A program made the translations under genes and the position numbers. The notes beneath the pieces were generated by a model. The model was not told the origin of the DNA, ran no database searches, and saw only the letters and a list, made by a program, of their open reading frames with translations. From Terrabacter sp. Root85 (GTDB lineage Bacteria; Actinomycetota; Actinomycetes; Actinomycetales; Dermatophilaceae), in assembly GCF_001429185.1 (NCBI RefSeq), contig NZ_LMIW01000001.1, positions 582,439 to 646,438 of the forward strand: DNA of 64,000 bases. Direction: 5' to 3'. Shown one piece after another: positions 7,790-18,933 of the stretch (its first letter is position 1; each line of letters opens with the position of its first letter).

Positions 7790-10108
7790 ATGTCAGTGAG
7801 CACTTCGAACGCATCGTCCCAGCGGACCAGCGCGCCCGGATCGCGGGGCGCCTCGCCGGTGTCGACCAAGAGCATCCCCGACGAGCTCGCGCGCGAGATC
7901 GCGGTCGAGCAGGCCCACGTCGACCGCGTCCACGAGGAGCTGGAGAAGGCCGGCGTGCGCGCCGACAGCGTCCAGGCCGAGGGCCTGGCTCGCAGCCACT
8001 TCGGCCGTCAGGTCGAGGTCGGCGACGCCGAGGGCGCGGCCCTCTTCGAGCGCGACGCGCTGATGTTCCACGCCGCCAAGCGACGCACCGCCCTCGACAC
8101 GCAGTACGAAGGCCTCGTCTTCGGGCGCCTCGACATCGACCACGCGATGCTTCGTGCCGCAGCAGTCGAGTCCAACGGCAACGGCCACCGCCCCGCCGAC
8201 GGCAGCTCGGGCGGGGACCGCGAGATCCGCTACATCGGCCGCCTCGGCGTCCGCGACGACGACTACGAGCCGCTCGTCATCGACTGGCGCGCCCCGGCCG
8301 CCTCTGCCTTCTACCGCGCGACCCCGACGCAGCCGATGGGCGTCCTGCGCCGCCGCGTCCTACGCAGCCGCGGCACCGTCGTCATCGGCATCGAGGACGA
8401 CCTCATGGTCCCCGAGGCTCCCGACGACCTCGTCATCGTCGGTGACGGTGCACTCATGGCCGCCCTGACCCGCAGCCGCGGCGAGCGGATGCGCGACATC
8501 GTCGCCACGATCCAGGCCCACCAGGACGAGGCGATCCGGGCCAGCGCCCGCGGCATCACCGAGATCACGGGTGGCCCGGGCACCGGCAAGACCGTCGTCG
8601 CGCTGCACCGCGCGGCCTACCTGCTCTACTCCGACCGCCGCCGCTTCGAGTCCGGCGGCATCCTCGTCGTCGGCCCGTCCGGCGCCTACACCGCCTACAT
8701 CGAGCGTGTGCTCCCCTCGCTCGGCGAGGACAGCGTCATCCTGCGCGCCCTCGGCGACGTCCTCGACGTCGTGCACACCGAGCGGTTCGACCCGCCGGCC
8801 GTCGCGCGCACCAAGGGCTCGACCCGCATCCGGCCCCTGCTCGGCGCCGCCGCCCGTGGCCGCGTGCCGGGCACGCCGACCGAGTTCCGCGCCATGGTCG
8901 CGGGCCGCCCGGTCCGCCTCGAGATGCGCGAGCTCGACCGCGTGCGTGCCCGGGTGCTGCGCCAGCACCAGCGCAACACGGGCACGGCCGCCGCCCAGGA
9001 CGCCCTCGGCGAGGCCGCCTGGACCTCCCTCGGCATCACGGGCGACCGGGAGGCCAAGGAGGAGTTCCTCGACAAGTGGGAGGACCACCTCGACGTCGAG
9101 GCGTTCATGCAGGTCTGGTGGCCGCAGGTCGACCCCCGCGAGGTTCTCCTGTGGCTCGGCGACCCCGAGCTCGTGCGCCGGCACGCCCGCGGCACCCTGC
9201 GCGACGACGAGATCGAGCCCCTGGCTGCCTCGTTCCGGCTCGCGCTCGAGACCGGCACGTGGTCGGTGGCCGACGTCGCGCTCGTCGACGACATCGCCGC
9301 CCGCGTCGGCCCGGTCCAGGAGGCCCCCAAGGAGGAGCGCGGCTTCTACGAGATCGAGGAGCTCGAGGACCTCAGCCAGTACGGCGTCACCGAGGTGCAG
9401 CCCGTCGTCAGCGCGGCGCGCGACGCCGGTGCCCCGCGTGTGCTCACCGACCCGCGCGACAAGCTCCTCGCCGGCCGCATCGGCAAGCCCGACGAGTACG
9501 CCCACGTCCTCGTCGACGAGGCTCAGGACCTCTCGCCCATGCAGTGGCGGATGATCGGCCGTCGCGGTCGGTATGCGTCGTGGACCGTCGTCGGCGACGC
9601 CGCCCAGGCGTCGTGGCCCGACGCCGCCGAGGCCGCCGCCGCGCGCGAGGAGGCCTTCGGGTCGCAGGCGCGCCAGCAGTTCCACATGGACACCAACTAC
9701 CGCAACGCGCGCGAGATCTTCGACTACGCCGCCGAGGTCGTGCGCCGCGAGGTGCCGGACGCAGACATCCCCCAGGCCGTCCGCGAGACGGGCATCGACC
9801 CCGTGGAGGGCGTCCTCGGACCGGACGCCCTGGCCTCGGTCCGTGCCGCCGTCGAGTCGCTGCTCGAGCAGGTCGAGGGGGCCATCGCCGTCATCACCCC
9901 GGCCGTGCACGCCACCCTTCTCGAGCCGGTGGCCCAGCTCGGTGAGGGACGCGTCCAGGTCATCGACCCGATGTCGACGAAGGGCCTCGAGTACGACGCC
10001 ACCGTCGTCGTCGACCCCGACGAGATCACCCGCGAGTCGCCCGGCGGGATCCGGGTGCTCTACGTCGCCCTGACCCGTGCGGCGCACCGGATGACGATCC
10101 TGGCCTGA
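7790..10108 (+). CDS. helD: HelD/HelR-type UvrD-like helicase (RNA-polymerase-associated helicase IV family)
   Basis: 772 aa. Walker A (GGPGTGKT) and DExx (VLVDEAQD) are present. The C-terminus has the UvrD-like motif VLYVALTRAAHRMTI. The N-terminal domain is typical of the actinobacterial HelD/HelR family. Confidence 0.85.
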   Translation: MSVSTSNASSQRTSAPGSRGASPVSTKSIPDELAREIAVEQAHVDRVHEELEKAGVRADSVQAEGLARSHFGRQVEVGDAEGAALFERDALMFHAAKRRTALDTQYEGLVFGRLDIDHAMLRAAAVESNGNGHRPADGSSGGDREIRYIGRLGVRDDDYEPLVIDWRAPAASAFYRATPTQPMGVLRRRVLRSRGTVVIGIEDDLMVPEAPDDLVIVGDGALMAALTRSRGERMRDIVATIQAHQDEAIRASARGITEITGGPGTGKTVVALHRAAYLLYSDRRRFESGGILVVGPSGAYTAYIERVLPSLGEDSVILRALGDVLDVVHTERFDPPAVARTKGSTRIRPLLGAAARGRVPGTPTEFRAMVAGRPVRLEMRELDRVRARVLRQHQRNTGTAAAQDALGEAAWTSLGITGDREAKEEFLDKWEDHLDVEAFMQVWWPQVDPREVLLWLGDPELVRRHARGTLRDDEIEPLAASFRLALETGTWSVADVALVDDIAARVGPVQEAPKEERGFYEIEELEDLSQYGVTEVQPVVSAARDAGAPRVLTDPRDKLLAGRIGKPDEYAHVLVDEAQDLSPMQWRMIGRRGRYASWTVVGDAAQASWPDAAEAAAAREEAFGSQARQQFHMDTNYRNAREIFDYAAEVVRREVPDADIPQAVRETGIDPVEGVLGPDALASVRAAVESLLEQVEGAIAVITPAVHATLLEPVAQLGEGRVQVIDPMSTKGLEYDATVVVDPDEITRESPGGIRVLYVALTRAAHRMTILA

Positions 10109-10147
10109 CCCGCGCGGAGCGGTGGGGTCCTCGCCCTCCGGCCTCCC

Positions 10148-10174
10148 GGACGAACCGACGTGATCGGTTCGTCC
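10148..10174 (+). terminator. hairpin terminator candidate downstream of helD
   Basis: Perfect inverted repeat GGACGAACCGA-cgtga-TCGGTTCGTCC, beginning 40 bp after the helD stop. Confidence 0.45.
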
Positions 10175-10689
10175 TGATGTCGGGGCCGTTCGGCGCAGAC
10201 TTCGCCGTCTCGACGGTGCCCTGTCGTCCAATGTGGACCGGCAGCCTCGCCCGGGCGCAGGAAGGCTCGTTCCGGCCAGTTTTCTTTAGGTAAAGACTTG
10301 TTCAAGGATTCTGCGAACCGTCGACTGTGCCTCCACCCGGGGGGATGATTGCTACAACGTCAAGGCGCGCGAACCTACCCTCCCCGCCGCCTCCTCCCCC
10401 CTGAGGCCCTTGGCGTTCGGCGAAGTCCCGCCCCCAATGTGGACGACGCACCGGGCGAGGGACGAGATGCAACCCCCCTGCATCTCGCCCCTCGCCCGCT
10501 TCCATGCCCGGGGTCATCCCACCCGCTTCCTGAGAGAAGTCTGGGAACAGCCATCGGTCCGGTTCATTTCTTGTTCAAGCACCGGCAAACATTGACCCTG
10601 CCCTCTGGCGTCGCGCCCTCAAACCGACAAATGTGGCGGAACGGTCATCCGACCGCCCTCGGGGGCACCTCGGTAGCCAGGAGTACGCC

Positions 10690-12267
10690 TTGAAGAAGAG
10701 CTTCATCACGACGTCGGTCGCCACCGCAGCGATCGCCGCCACCGCCCTTGCGACGATCGCCACGAGCGGCGCGCAGGCAGCCACCCGGTCCGCCTCGGGA
10801 GCCGGCCTCGACCGGGCCGTCGCCGCGGCCAGGGCCCACGGTTCGGCCTTCGGCCTCGACCGGGACCAGGGCCTCACGTCCCGCAGCGTGGCCACCGACA
10901 AGGACGGCACCACGCACGTCCGCTTCGACCGCACGTTCAAGGGCCTGCCCGTCGTCGGTGGCGACCTCGTCGTCCACACCGACGAGGCGGGCGCCTGGAA
11001 GGGGGTCAACGCCGCGTCCACGTTGGTCCGGGTCGCGTCCACGACCCCCACCGTCGCCCCGGCCACGGCGGCCGCCACGGCTGCTCGCACCGTCGACTAC
11101 ACCGTGAGCGCATCGAAGCCGACCCTGGCCGTCTACGCGATGAGCGGCCCCGCCCGCCTCGTGTGGAAGACCCAGGTCGACGGTGTCGGCGCCCACGGTG
11201 AGCCAGCCGGCACGGTCGTCTTCGTCGACGCGCGCTCCGGCGCCGTCGTCGACCACTGGGCGACGGAGGTCAACGACGCCGGCACGGGCAACAGCCTCTA
11301 CCTCGGCACCGTGACACTCCAGACCACCGCGTCGGGCGGCCAGTGGCAGATGATCGACGCGACCCGCGGTGGGGCCCGCACCGAGGACGGCAACAACGGG
11401 TCGACGACCTCGACGACGGGCACCCTCTTCACCGACGCCGACAACGTCTGGGGCACCGCCGGATCCACCACGAACCGGCAGACCGCCGCCGTCGACGCGG
11501 ACTTCGGCGTCGGCGCGACGTGGGACTTCTACAAGAACACGTTCGGCCGCAACGGCATCAAGAACGACGGCAAGGGCGCCCGCAGCCTCGTCCACGTCGG
11601 CACGAACTGGGTCAACGCATCGTGGAGCGACACGTGCTTCTGCATGCGCTACGGCGACGGTGACGGCGCCAGCTACGGCCCGCTCGTCTCGCTCGACGTG
11701 GCCGGCCACGAGATGACGCACGGCGTCACCTCGGCGACGGCGGGGCTGACGTACGCTCGCGAGTCCGGCGGCCTCAACGAGTCGACCTCGGACGTCATGG
11801 GCACCATGGTCGAGTTCACCGCGAACACGAGCGGCGACCCGGGCGACTACCTCATCGGTGAGCGCTTCGCGAAGAACGGCGCGGGCCCGCTGCGCTACAT
11901 GGACAAGCCGAGCAAGGACGGCGCGTCCGCGGACTGCTGGAGCAAGCGGGTCGGCACCCTCGACGTGCACTACTCGTCGGGCGTCGGCAACCACCTGTTC
12001 TACCTGCTCTCCGAGGGCAGCGGCGCCAAGACGATCAACGGCGTCAGCTACAACAGCCCGACCTGCAACGGCGGCGCGGTGACCGGCATCGGTCACGACG
12101 CAGCGGCTGCGATCTGGTACCGCGCCCTGACGACGTACTGGACGTCGTCGACGAACTACGCCGGTGCCCGCGCCGGCATGCTCTCGGCCGCCACCGACCT
12201 CTACGGCGCCGGCAGCGCCCAGTACGCCGCCACTGCCACCGCCTGGTCGGCCGCCGGCGTCAACTGA
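10690..12267 (+). CDS. secreted M4 (thermolysin-like) zinc metalloprotease with propeptide
   Basis: HExxH zinc motif (VAGHEMTHGVT) and downstream Glu (GGLNESTSDVMG). N-terminal signal peptide (MKKSFITTSVATAAIAATALATIATSGAQAA). TTG start at 10690 with AGGAG 6 nt upstream. The listed ORF begins at 10633. Confidence 0.85.
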   Translation: MKKSFITTSVATAAIAATALATIATSGAQAATRSASGAGLDRAVAAARAHGSAFGLDRDQGLTSRSVATDKDGTTHVRFDRTFKGLPVVGGDLVVHTDEAGAWKGVNAASTLVRVASTTPTVAPATAAATAARTVDYTVSASKPTLAVYAMSGPARLVWKTQVDGVGAHGEPAGTVVFVDARSGAVVDHWATEVNDAGTGNSLYLGTVTLQTTASGGQWQMIDATRGGARTEDGNNGSTTSTTGTLFTDADNVWGTAGSTTNRQTAAVDADFGVGATWDFYKNTFGRNGIKNDGKGARSLVHVGTNWVNASWSDTCFCMRYGDGDGASYGPLVSLDVAGHEMTHGVTSATAGLTYARESGGLNESTSDVMGTMVEFTANTSGDPGDYLIGERFAKNGAGPLRYMDKPSKDGASADCWSKRVGTLDVHYSSGVGNHLFYLLSEGSGAKTINGVSYNSPTCNGGAVTGIGHDAAAAIWYRALTTYWTSSTNYAGARAGMLSAATDLYGAGSAQYAATATAWSAAGVN

Positions 12268-12288
12268 CGCGCACGCCTCTCTGAGTCG

Positions 12289-12325
12289 AAAGAGCAGCTC
12301 GCCCAGCTCGGGCGAGCTGCTCTTT
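12289..12325. terminator. bidirectional hairpin terminator between the convergent protease and lysS genes
   Basis: Perfect 16-bp stem: AAAGAGCAGCTCGCCC-agct-GGGCGAGCTGCTCTTT, flanked by T and A runs. Confidence 0.7.
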
Positions 12326-12332
12326 CGCTGCC

Positions 12333-14126
12333 TCAGTGGCCGACGAGGCTGCGGACCCGGTCGGCGCCCACGGCCAGCAGCAGCGTCGGCAGGCGGGGGC
12401 CGGTGTCCTTCGACACGAGCAGCCGGTAGACGAGCACGAAGAAGGCGCGCTGGGCGGCCGACAGCTCGGGGTCCTTGACCTTGGCCTCCGGGTCGATGCC
12501 GCGCTGGATCTTCGGCACGCCGTAGACGAGGTGGGTCAGGCCGTCGAGCGACCAGTGCCCGTCCAGTCCCTCGGCGAGCAGGCGCAGCGACTCCTGCTGC
12601 TGCTCGTCGAGGCTGCCGAGCAGCTCGGCGTCCGGCTCGGTGCGCACGATGGTGCGGTCCTCGGCGGGCACGTAGCCGAGCATCCAGCGCTCGGCGCAGT
12701 CGAGCCGGGGCCGCAGGTCGTCGGTGGAGGCCACGGGGTTGTCGGGCTCGAGCTCGCTGAGGATGCGGACGGCCTGCTCCTCGTCACCCTGCGTCACGTC
12801 GATGACCGACGCGATGGTGCGGAAGGACATCGGTCGCGGCGTCGAGGGCAGCGGACCCGCGGCCGTCGACGTGGCGCGCAGGTGCGCGGCGAGGTCGCCT
12901 GCCTGGGCCGAGCCGTCGGCGACCTTGCGGCCCAAGGCATCCCACTCGTCGTAGAGGCGCTGGAGCTCCGGACCGAAGGCGACGTCAAAGCTCTGGTTGG
13001 GCCGGCGCCGAGCGTAGAGCCAGCGCAGCACGGGCGCCTCCATGACCTCGAGCGCGTCGGTGGGGATCGGCACGCCGCCCTTGCTCGAGCTCATCTTGGC
13101 CATCCCGGCGATGCCGACGAAGGCGTACATCGGCCCGACGGGCCGCTCCCAGCCGAAGATCGGCGCGAGGTCCTTGCCGACGACGAAGCTGCTGCCCGGG
13201 CTCTGGTGGTCGACCCCCGACGGCTCGAACATCACGTGCTCGTGCCCCCAGCGCATCGGCCAGTCGACCTTCCACACGAGCTTGCCGTTCGTGAAGGTGT
13301 CGAGGTCGACGGTCTCGGTGTGCCCGCACTTCGTGCAGTCGTAGGTCAGCTCGTGGCTGTCGTCGTCGTAGGCCGTGACGGTCGTGAAGTCGGTGCCGCA
13401 CGAGGAGCAGAAGGGCTTGAAGGGGTAGTAGCCGGCCTTGCCCTCGCTGCCGTCGTCCTCGGACGCCGCGCCGGAGCCGCGCTCGGCCTCGGTCGCCGCG
13501 GCGGCCTGCTCCTCGGTGAGCTTCGCCGCCTTGCTGCCGCCACCACCGCCGCCGCCCCTGCCCTTGCCCTTGCCAGTGGACTTCTGGCGCGCCGCCTCGA
13601 CGGCCTCGAGCGTGCGGTACTGGTCGAGCACCTTGTCGATGGCGAAGCGCTCACGCATCGCGAGCAGCACCTGGTCGCGGTAGACGCCCGCGCGGTACTG
13701 CTCGGTCTGGCTGATCTGGCGCACCTCGATGCCCGTGGCCACCATGGCCTCGAGGAGTGGTGCCTTGAAGTGGTCGGCCCAGCTCGCGTGAGCGGAGCCC
13801 GCGGGCGCCGGCACCGAGGTCAGCGGCATACCGATGTACTGCTCCCACGAGTCGTCCACTCCCGCGAGGTTCTTCGGCACGCGGCGGAAGCGGTCGAAGT
13901 CGTCCCAGCTGAGGATGTGCTCGCAGTCGATCCCGCGCCGCTTGATCTCGTCGGCGACGAGGTGCGGCGTGATGAGCTCGCGGAAGTTGCCGAGGTGGAT
14001 CGGTCCGGACGGGCTGATGCCCGACGCGCAGACGATCGTCTCGCCGGGGTGGCGCTCCTGCGCCTCGGCGATCACGTCGTCGGCCAGACGCGTGACCCAG
14101 TCGAGCGGGGTGACCTCTTCAGTCAT
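12333..14126 (-). CDS. lysS: lysine--tRNA ligase, class I (archaeal-type)
   Basis: HIGH-type motif (PSGPIHLGNFRE) and KMSKS motif (KMSSSKG). Cys-rich zinc module (CSSCG...CTKCGH). 597 aa, including a Gly-rich insertion (KGKGRGGGGGGGSK). Confidence 0.9.
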   Translation of the reverse strand: MTEEVTPLDWVTRLADDVIAEAQERHPGETIVCASGISPSGPIHLGNFRELITPHLVADEIKRRGIDCEHILSWDDFDRFRRVPKNLAGVDDSWEQYIGMPLTSVPAPAGSAHASWADHFKAPLLEAMVATGIEVRQISQTEQYRAGVYRDQVLLAMRERFAIDKVLDQYRTLEAVEAARQKSTGKGKGRGGGGGGGSKAAKLTEEQAAAATEAERGSGAASEDDGSEGKAGYYPFKPFCSSCGTDFTTVTAYDDDSHELTYDCTKCGHTETVDLDTFTNGKLVWKVDWPMRWGHEHVMFEPSGVDHQSPGSSFVVGKDLAPIFGWERPVGPMYAFVGIAGMAKMSSSKGGVPIPTDALEVMEAPVLRWLYARRRPNQSFDVAFGPELQRLYDEWDALGRKVADGSAQAGDLAAHLRATSTAAGPLPSTPRPMSFRTIASVIDVTQGDEEQAVRILSELEPDNPVASTDDLRPRLDCAERWMLGYVPAEDRTIVRTEPDAELLGSLDEQQQESLRLLAEGLDGHWSLDGLTHLVYGVPKIQRGIDPEAKVKDPELSAAQRAFFVLVYRLLVSKDTGPRLPTLLLAVGADRVRSLVGH

Positions 14127-14185
14127 GGGTTTCCTTCAGTTACAGAGGCTTTCGTATGCCGTGTGCGTGCGACCGCGCGACCGCG

Positions 14186-15535
<1,350 letters not shown>

Positions 15536-15569
15536 TTATCGGTTCGAGACCCGTGCCCCGGACGCGGCT

Positions 15570-15712
15570 TCTCCGCCCCGGCCGAGTTGGGGTGGCGGAT
15601 CAGGCCCCCCGACCCCGATTCCTCCGCCCCGGCGGAGAAAGGTGAGGCGGATCGGGCCACCCGGCCCCGATTGCTCCGCCCCGGCGGAGTTGTGGCGGCG
15701 ACGATCGCCTCG
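15570..15712. repeat. three tandem copies of a roughly 51-bp unit, each carrying a CTCCGCC-CC-GGCGGAG palindrome, in the purA upstream intergenic region
   Basis: The units begin near 15571, 15622 and 15674 (tctccgccccggccgagttggggtggcgg / cctccgccccggcggagaaaggtgaggcgg / gctccgccccggcggagttgtggcggcg). Confidence 0.7.
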
Positions 15713-15767
15713 CCACCCAGCGTGCAGCGCGCAAGCGACGGGCCGATCCGGTCCAGCTGCGCACCGG

Positions 15768-16571
15768 TCAGTGCGAGGCGAGCCAGTCCTCCAGGTAGGC
15801 GGCGACGCCGTCCTCGCGGTGGTGGCCCGTGACGACCGTGGCCGCGTCGAGGGCCGGGTCGACGGCGTTGGCGACGGCGACCGCGGTGCCCGCCACGGCG
15901 AAGGCCGAGACGTCGTTGTGGTTGTCGCCGAAGAAGACCGTGTCGGAGACGTCGACGCCGAGCTCGTCGGCGAGGGCGCGCAGCCCGTCACCCTTGGAGC
16001 AGGCGGCGTTGGCGATCTCGAGGTAGGTCGCCTTGGAGCGGTAGGTCACGAGGCCGGCTCGACCCGTGAGCGCCGCCTCCAGCTCGTCGACGAGCGCCGG
16101 CTCGCCCATCGCCATGACCTTGTGCGGCGGCTGCACGTCGACGCGACCGCCCGACACGTAGTCGTGCGCCGACTCCGGGCTCGGGTCGACGGCGGTGATC
16201 GTCGCCTCGCGCTCGGTCCACTCGTCGGGACCCCAGGCGTACCAGTCGTCCCCGGCGAAGAAGCTCGCGTGGAGCGCGAGCCGCTCGCACACGGCATACG
16301 TGGCCCTCGCGTCGTCGGGCGTGATCGCGACGTCGGTGACGACCGAGCGGTCTGCACGCAGCACGAGCCCGCCGTTGTACGCGATGAGCGGGGTGGGCTC
16401 CACGCCGCAGAGACGCTCGAGACCCTCGAGGGACGCGGGCATGCGCGAGCTGCAGAGCACGAACGTGTGGCCGGCCTCCCGCACCGCCCGGATGGCGGCC
16501 ACGGTGCGGGAGGACAGCGTGCGTCGGTGGTCCAGCAGCGTGCCGTCGACGTCGGAGCAGAAGAGCGTCAT
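15768..16571 (-). CDS. Cof-type HAD-IIB family hydrolase (sugar-phosphate phosphatase-like)
   Basis: ATG at 16571 (MTLFCSDVDGTLLD, containing the DxDGT catalytic motif). C-terminal motif FGDNHND. The listed ORF has a 92-aa Arg/Pro-rich 5' extension that is unlikely to be real. Confidence 0.8.
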   Translation of the reverse strand: MTLFCSDVDGTLLDHRRTLSSRTVAAIRAVREAGHTFVLCSSRMPASLEGLERLCGVEPTPLIAYNGGLVLRADRSVVTDVAITPDDARATYAVCERLALHASFFAGDDWYAWGPDEWTEREATITAVDPSPESAHDYVSGGRVDVQPPHKVMAMGEPALVDELEAALTGRAGLVTYRSKATYLEIANAACSKGDGLRALADELGVDVSDTVFFGDNHNDVSAFAVAGTAVAVANAVDPALDAATVVTGHHREDGVAAYLEDWLASH

Positions 16572-16596
16572 GCGGTGCAGTGGCCGAGCAGGCCGG

Positions 16597-17004
16597 TCAG
16601 AGACCGAGCTCGCGCGCCGCCTCGGCCGAGCTGTCGCGCAGGAACTGCGTGCAGCGGGCCTCCTCGTCGCTCTCGCCGATGGCGCGCGCCGCCCGGGCGA
16701 GGGCCGCGAGCGCACGCAGGAAGCCGCGGTTGGGCTCGTGCGACCACGGCACCGGACCCTGGCCGCGCCAGCCGGACTTGCGCAGCGAGTCGAGCGCCCG
16801 GTGGTAGCCGGTGCGGGCGTACGCGTACGCCTCGACGTCGCGGTCACCGTCGGCGAGCGCGTCCTCGGCGAGGACGGCCCACGCGAGCGAGCTCGCGGGG
16901 TATGTCGCCGCCACCTGCACCGGGTCGACCCCGGCGTCGAGCTTCTCGGCGGCCGGGTCGACGGCGAGCCGGGTCTCGGGGATGCCGAGCAGGTTGTCGC
17001 TCAC
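16597..17004 (-). CDS. DUF3151 family protein
   Basis: 135 aa. Conserved synteny immediately downstream of class-II fba in actinobacteria, with a 4-bp overlap with the fba stop. Confidence 0.6.
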   Translation of the reverse strand: MSDNLLGIPETRLAVDPAAEKLDAGVDPVQVAATYPASSLAWAVLAEDALADGDRDVEAYAYARTGYHRALDSLRKSGWRGQGPVPWSHEPNRGFLRALAALARAARAIGESDEEARCTQFLRDSSAEAARELGL

Positions 17005-18029
17005 TGGTGCGTGCCCGCCGAGCGCAGCGCGTCACAGGCCTCGACGACGCGCTTGGCCATGGCCTCCTCGGCCGACTTGCCCCAGGCGCGGGGGTCGTAC
17101 TGCTTCTTGTTGCCGACCTCGCCGTCGATCTTGAGCACGCCGGCGTAGTTGCCGATCATCCAGCCGGCGATGTCGCGCGTGAAGGCGTACTGCGTGTCGG
17201 TGTCGACGTTCATCTTGATGACGCCGTTGTCGACGGCGGCCGAGATCTCCTCGGGCAGCGAGCCCGAGCCGCCGTGGAAGACGAGGTCGAAGGGGCGCGC
17301 ATCGTCCGTCAGGCCGAGCTCCGTGGCGGCGGCGTGCTGGGCCTGCAGGAGGATCTCGGGGCGCAGCTTGACGTTGCCCGGCTTGTAGACGCCGTGGACG
17401 TTGCCGAAGGTGAGGGCCGTCAGGTAGCGGCCGTTCTCGCCGGAGCCGAGGGCCTTGATCGTCGCGATGGCGTCCTCGGGGGTCGAGTAGAGCTTGTCGT
17501 CGATGGCTCCCTCGACGCCGTCCTCCTCGCCGCCGACGACGCCGACCTCGATCTCGAGGATGACGTTGGCGGCCTTGGCGAGGGCGAGCAGCTCCTGGGC
17601 GATCTGGAGGTTCTCGTCGAGCGGCACGGCCGAGCCGTCCCACATGTGCGACTGGAACCACGGCGTGCCGCCGGCCTGGACGCGCTCGGTGCTCGCCGCG
17701 AGGAGCGGGCGCACGAAGGAGTCGAGCTTGTCCTTGGGGCAGTGGTCGGTGTGCAGCGCGATGTTGACGGGGTAGTTCTTGGCCACCTCGTGCGCGTAGG
17801 CCGCGAAGGCCAGCGAGCCGCTCACCATGTTCTTGATGCTCGGGCCGGAGAGGTAGTCGGCCCCACCCGTCGAGACCTGGATGATGCCGTCGGAGCCGGC
17901 GTCGGCGAAGCCCTTGAGCGCGGCGTTCAGCGTCTGTGAGCTCGAGACGTTGATGGCGGGGTACGCGAAGGAGCCGGCCTTCGCGCGGTCGAGCATGTCG
18001 GCATACACCTCGGGGGTGGCGATGGGCAT
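17001..18029 (-). CDS. fba: fructose-bisphosphate aldolase, class II
   Basis: ATG at 18029 (MPIATPEVYADMLDRAKAG...), with AGGAG 6 nt upstream. Class II FBA motifs (HTDHC, GGEEDGV, FHGGSGS). Confidence 0.9.
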   Translation of the reverse strand: MPIATPEVYADMLDRAKAGSFAYPAINVSSSQTLNAALKGFADAGSDGIIQVSTGGADYLSGPSIKNMVSGSLAFAAYAHEVAKNYPVNIALHTDHCPKDKLDSFVRPLLAASTERVQAGGTPWFQSHMWDGSAVPLDENLQIAQELLALAKAANVILEIEVGVVGGEEDGVEGAIDDKLYSTPEDAIATIKALGSGENGRYLTALTFGNVHGVYKPGNVKLRPEILLQAQHAAATELGLTDDARPFDLVFHGGSGSLPEEISAAVDNGVIKMNVDTDTQYAFTRDIAGWMIGNYAGVLKIDGEVGNKKQYDPRAWGKSAEEAMAKRVVEACDALRSAGTHQ

Positions 18030-18131
18030 TGCTACTCCTGCTGTCTGGTGAGCGGGTTCACGATCCGCCGTGAATCCTGCCACGTATGCCGCCGCGTGCC
18101 CACGGGTGCCCACCCACCGGTGAGCGCCCGC

Positions 18132-18920
18132 TCAGAGAAGGCGCGCGACGAGCACTGCGAGGGCCCTCTGCTGCTCCCCCGGCTGCCACCCGCTGCCGTC
18201 GAGCGTGGCCCACACGAGGTGGGCTCCGCGGCGCAGCAGGACCACCTCGGCGGACCCGGCGCCGTACTCCGAGGGGACCGTCCCGATGCGGGCGCCGACC
18301 CCGGCCACCCGGCTCGGCGACGCCTTCGCGCAGGTCGTGAACGCGGCGTCGAGATAGGCGACGAGGCCTCCCGGGTCGCCTGCGGCGAGGTCGACGAGGC
18401 TGAAGGTGACGACCTTCGTGCCGGCCGAGCTCTCGGGCGGGGCCTGGTTGCCGGCCTGCTTGGGCATCGTCAGGAGGTAGCCCTCGACGACGCGTCGCGC
18501 CCGGCTCGCCGGGATGAACGCATCGTTGAGCAGGCCGGTCCACGGCACGAGGCCGTCGCACTGCGGTCGGGAGGGCAGCTCGCCGGGACACTGCGCCCGG
18601 TCGGCGGCGTCGGGACCCGGCACCGCCTCCTTGGGGGCGGAGAACGCGCTCGTCTCGGCGCCGGGGAAGACGGCGTCGAGGGGCACACGGCCCGTGCCGG
18701 TGAGCGGCCGCGTCGTGGTGCACCGCGGGGCGGCCTCGATGAAGGTCATCCCGGGATCGGGCTGGGCCGTCCCCGTCGTCGACGTGGCGCTGCGGACGGC
18801 GGGGTCGGCGCTCTCCGTGGTGCACGCGCCGAGGAGCGTGGTGGCCAGCGCCCCGACGGCCAGGGCGGCCAGGGCGGCCCGAGCGGCCGTGGCTGCGCGC
18901 CGCCGTGGCGCCCGCGTCAC
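18132..18920 (-). CDS. putative lipoprotein (sensor-domain-like, unknown function)
   Basis: Signal peptide and lipobox (RRRAATAARAALAALAVGALATTLLGAC). GTG start near 18920, chosen to avoid overlap with the upstream gene. The start is uncertain. Confidence 0.45.
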   Translation of the reverse strand: MTRAPRRRAATAARAALAALAVGALATTLLGACTTESADPAVRSATSTTGTAQPDPGMTFIEAAPRCTTTRPLTGTGRVPLDAVFPGAETSAFSAPKEAVPGPDAADRAQCPGELPSRPQCDGLVPWTGLLNDAFIPASRARRVVEGYLLTMPKQAGNQAPPESSAGTKVVTFSLVDLAAGDPGGLVAYLDAAFTTCAKASPSRVAGVGARIGTVPSEYGAGSAEVVLLRRGAHLVWATLDGSGWQPGEQQRALAVLVARLL

Positions 18921-18933
18921 CACCGTCGCCCCG

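Noticed and set aside
13438-13560. Possible simple-sequence repeat region (CCGCC/GCC runs) inside lysS
   Set aside because: This is just the coding sequence for the Gly-rich insertion read on the opposite strand, not an independent element.
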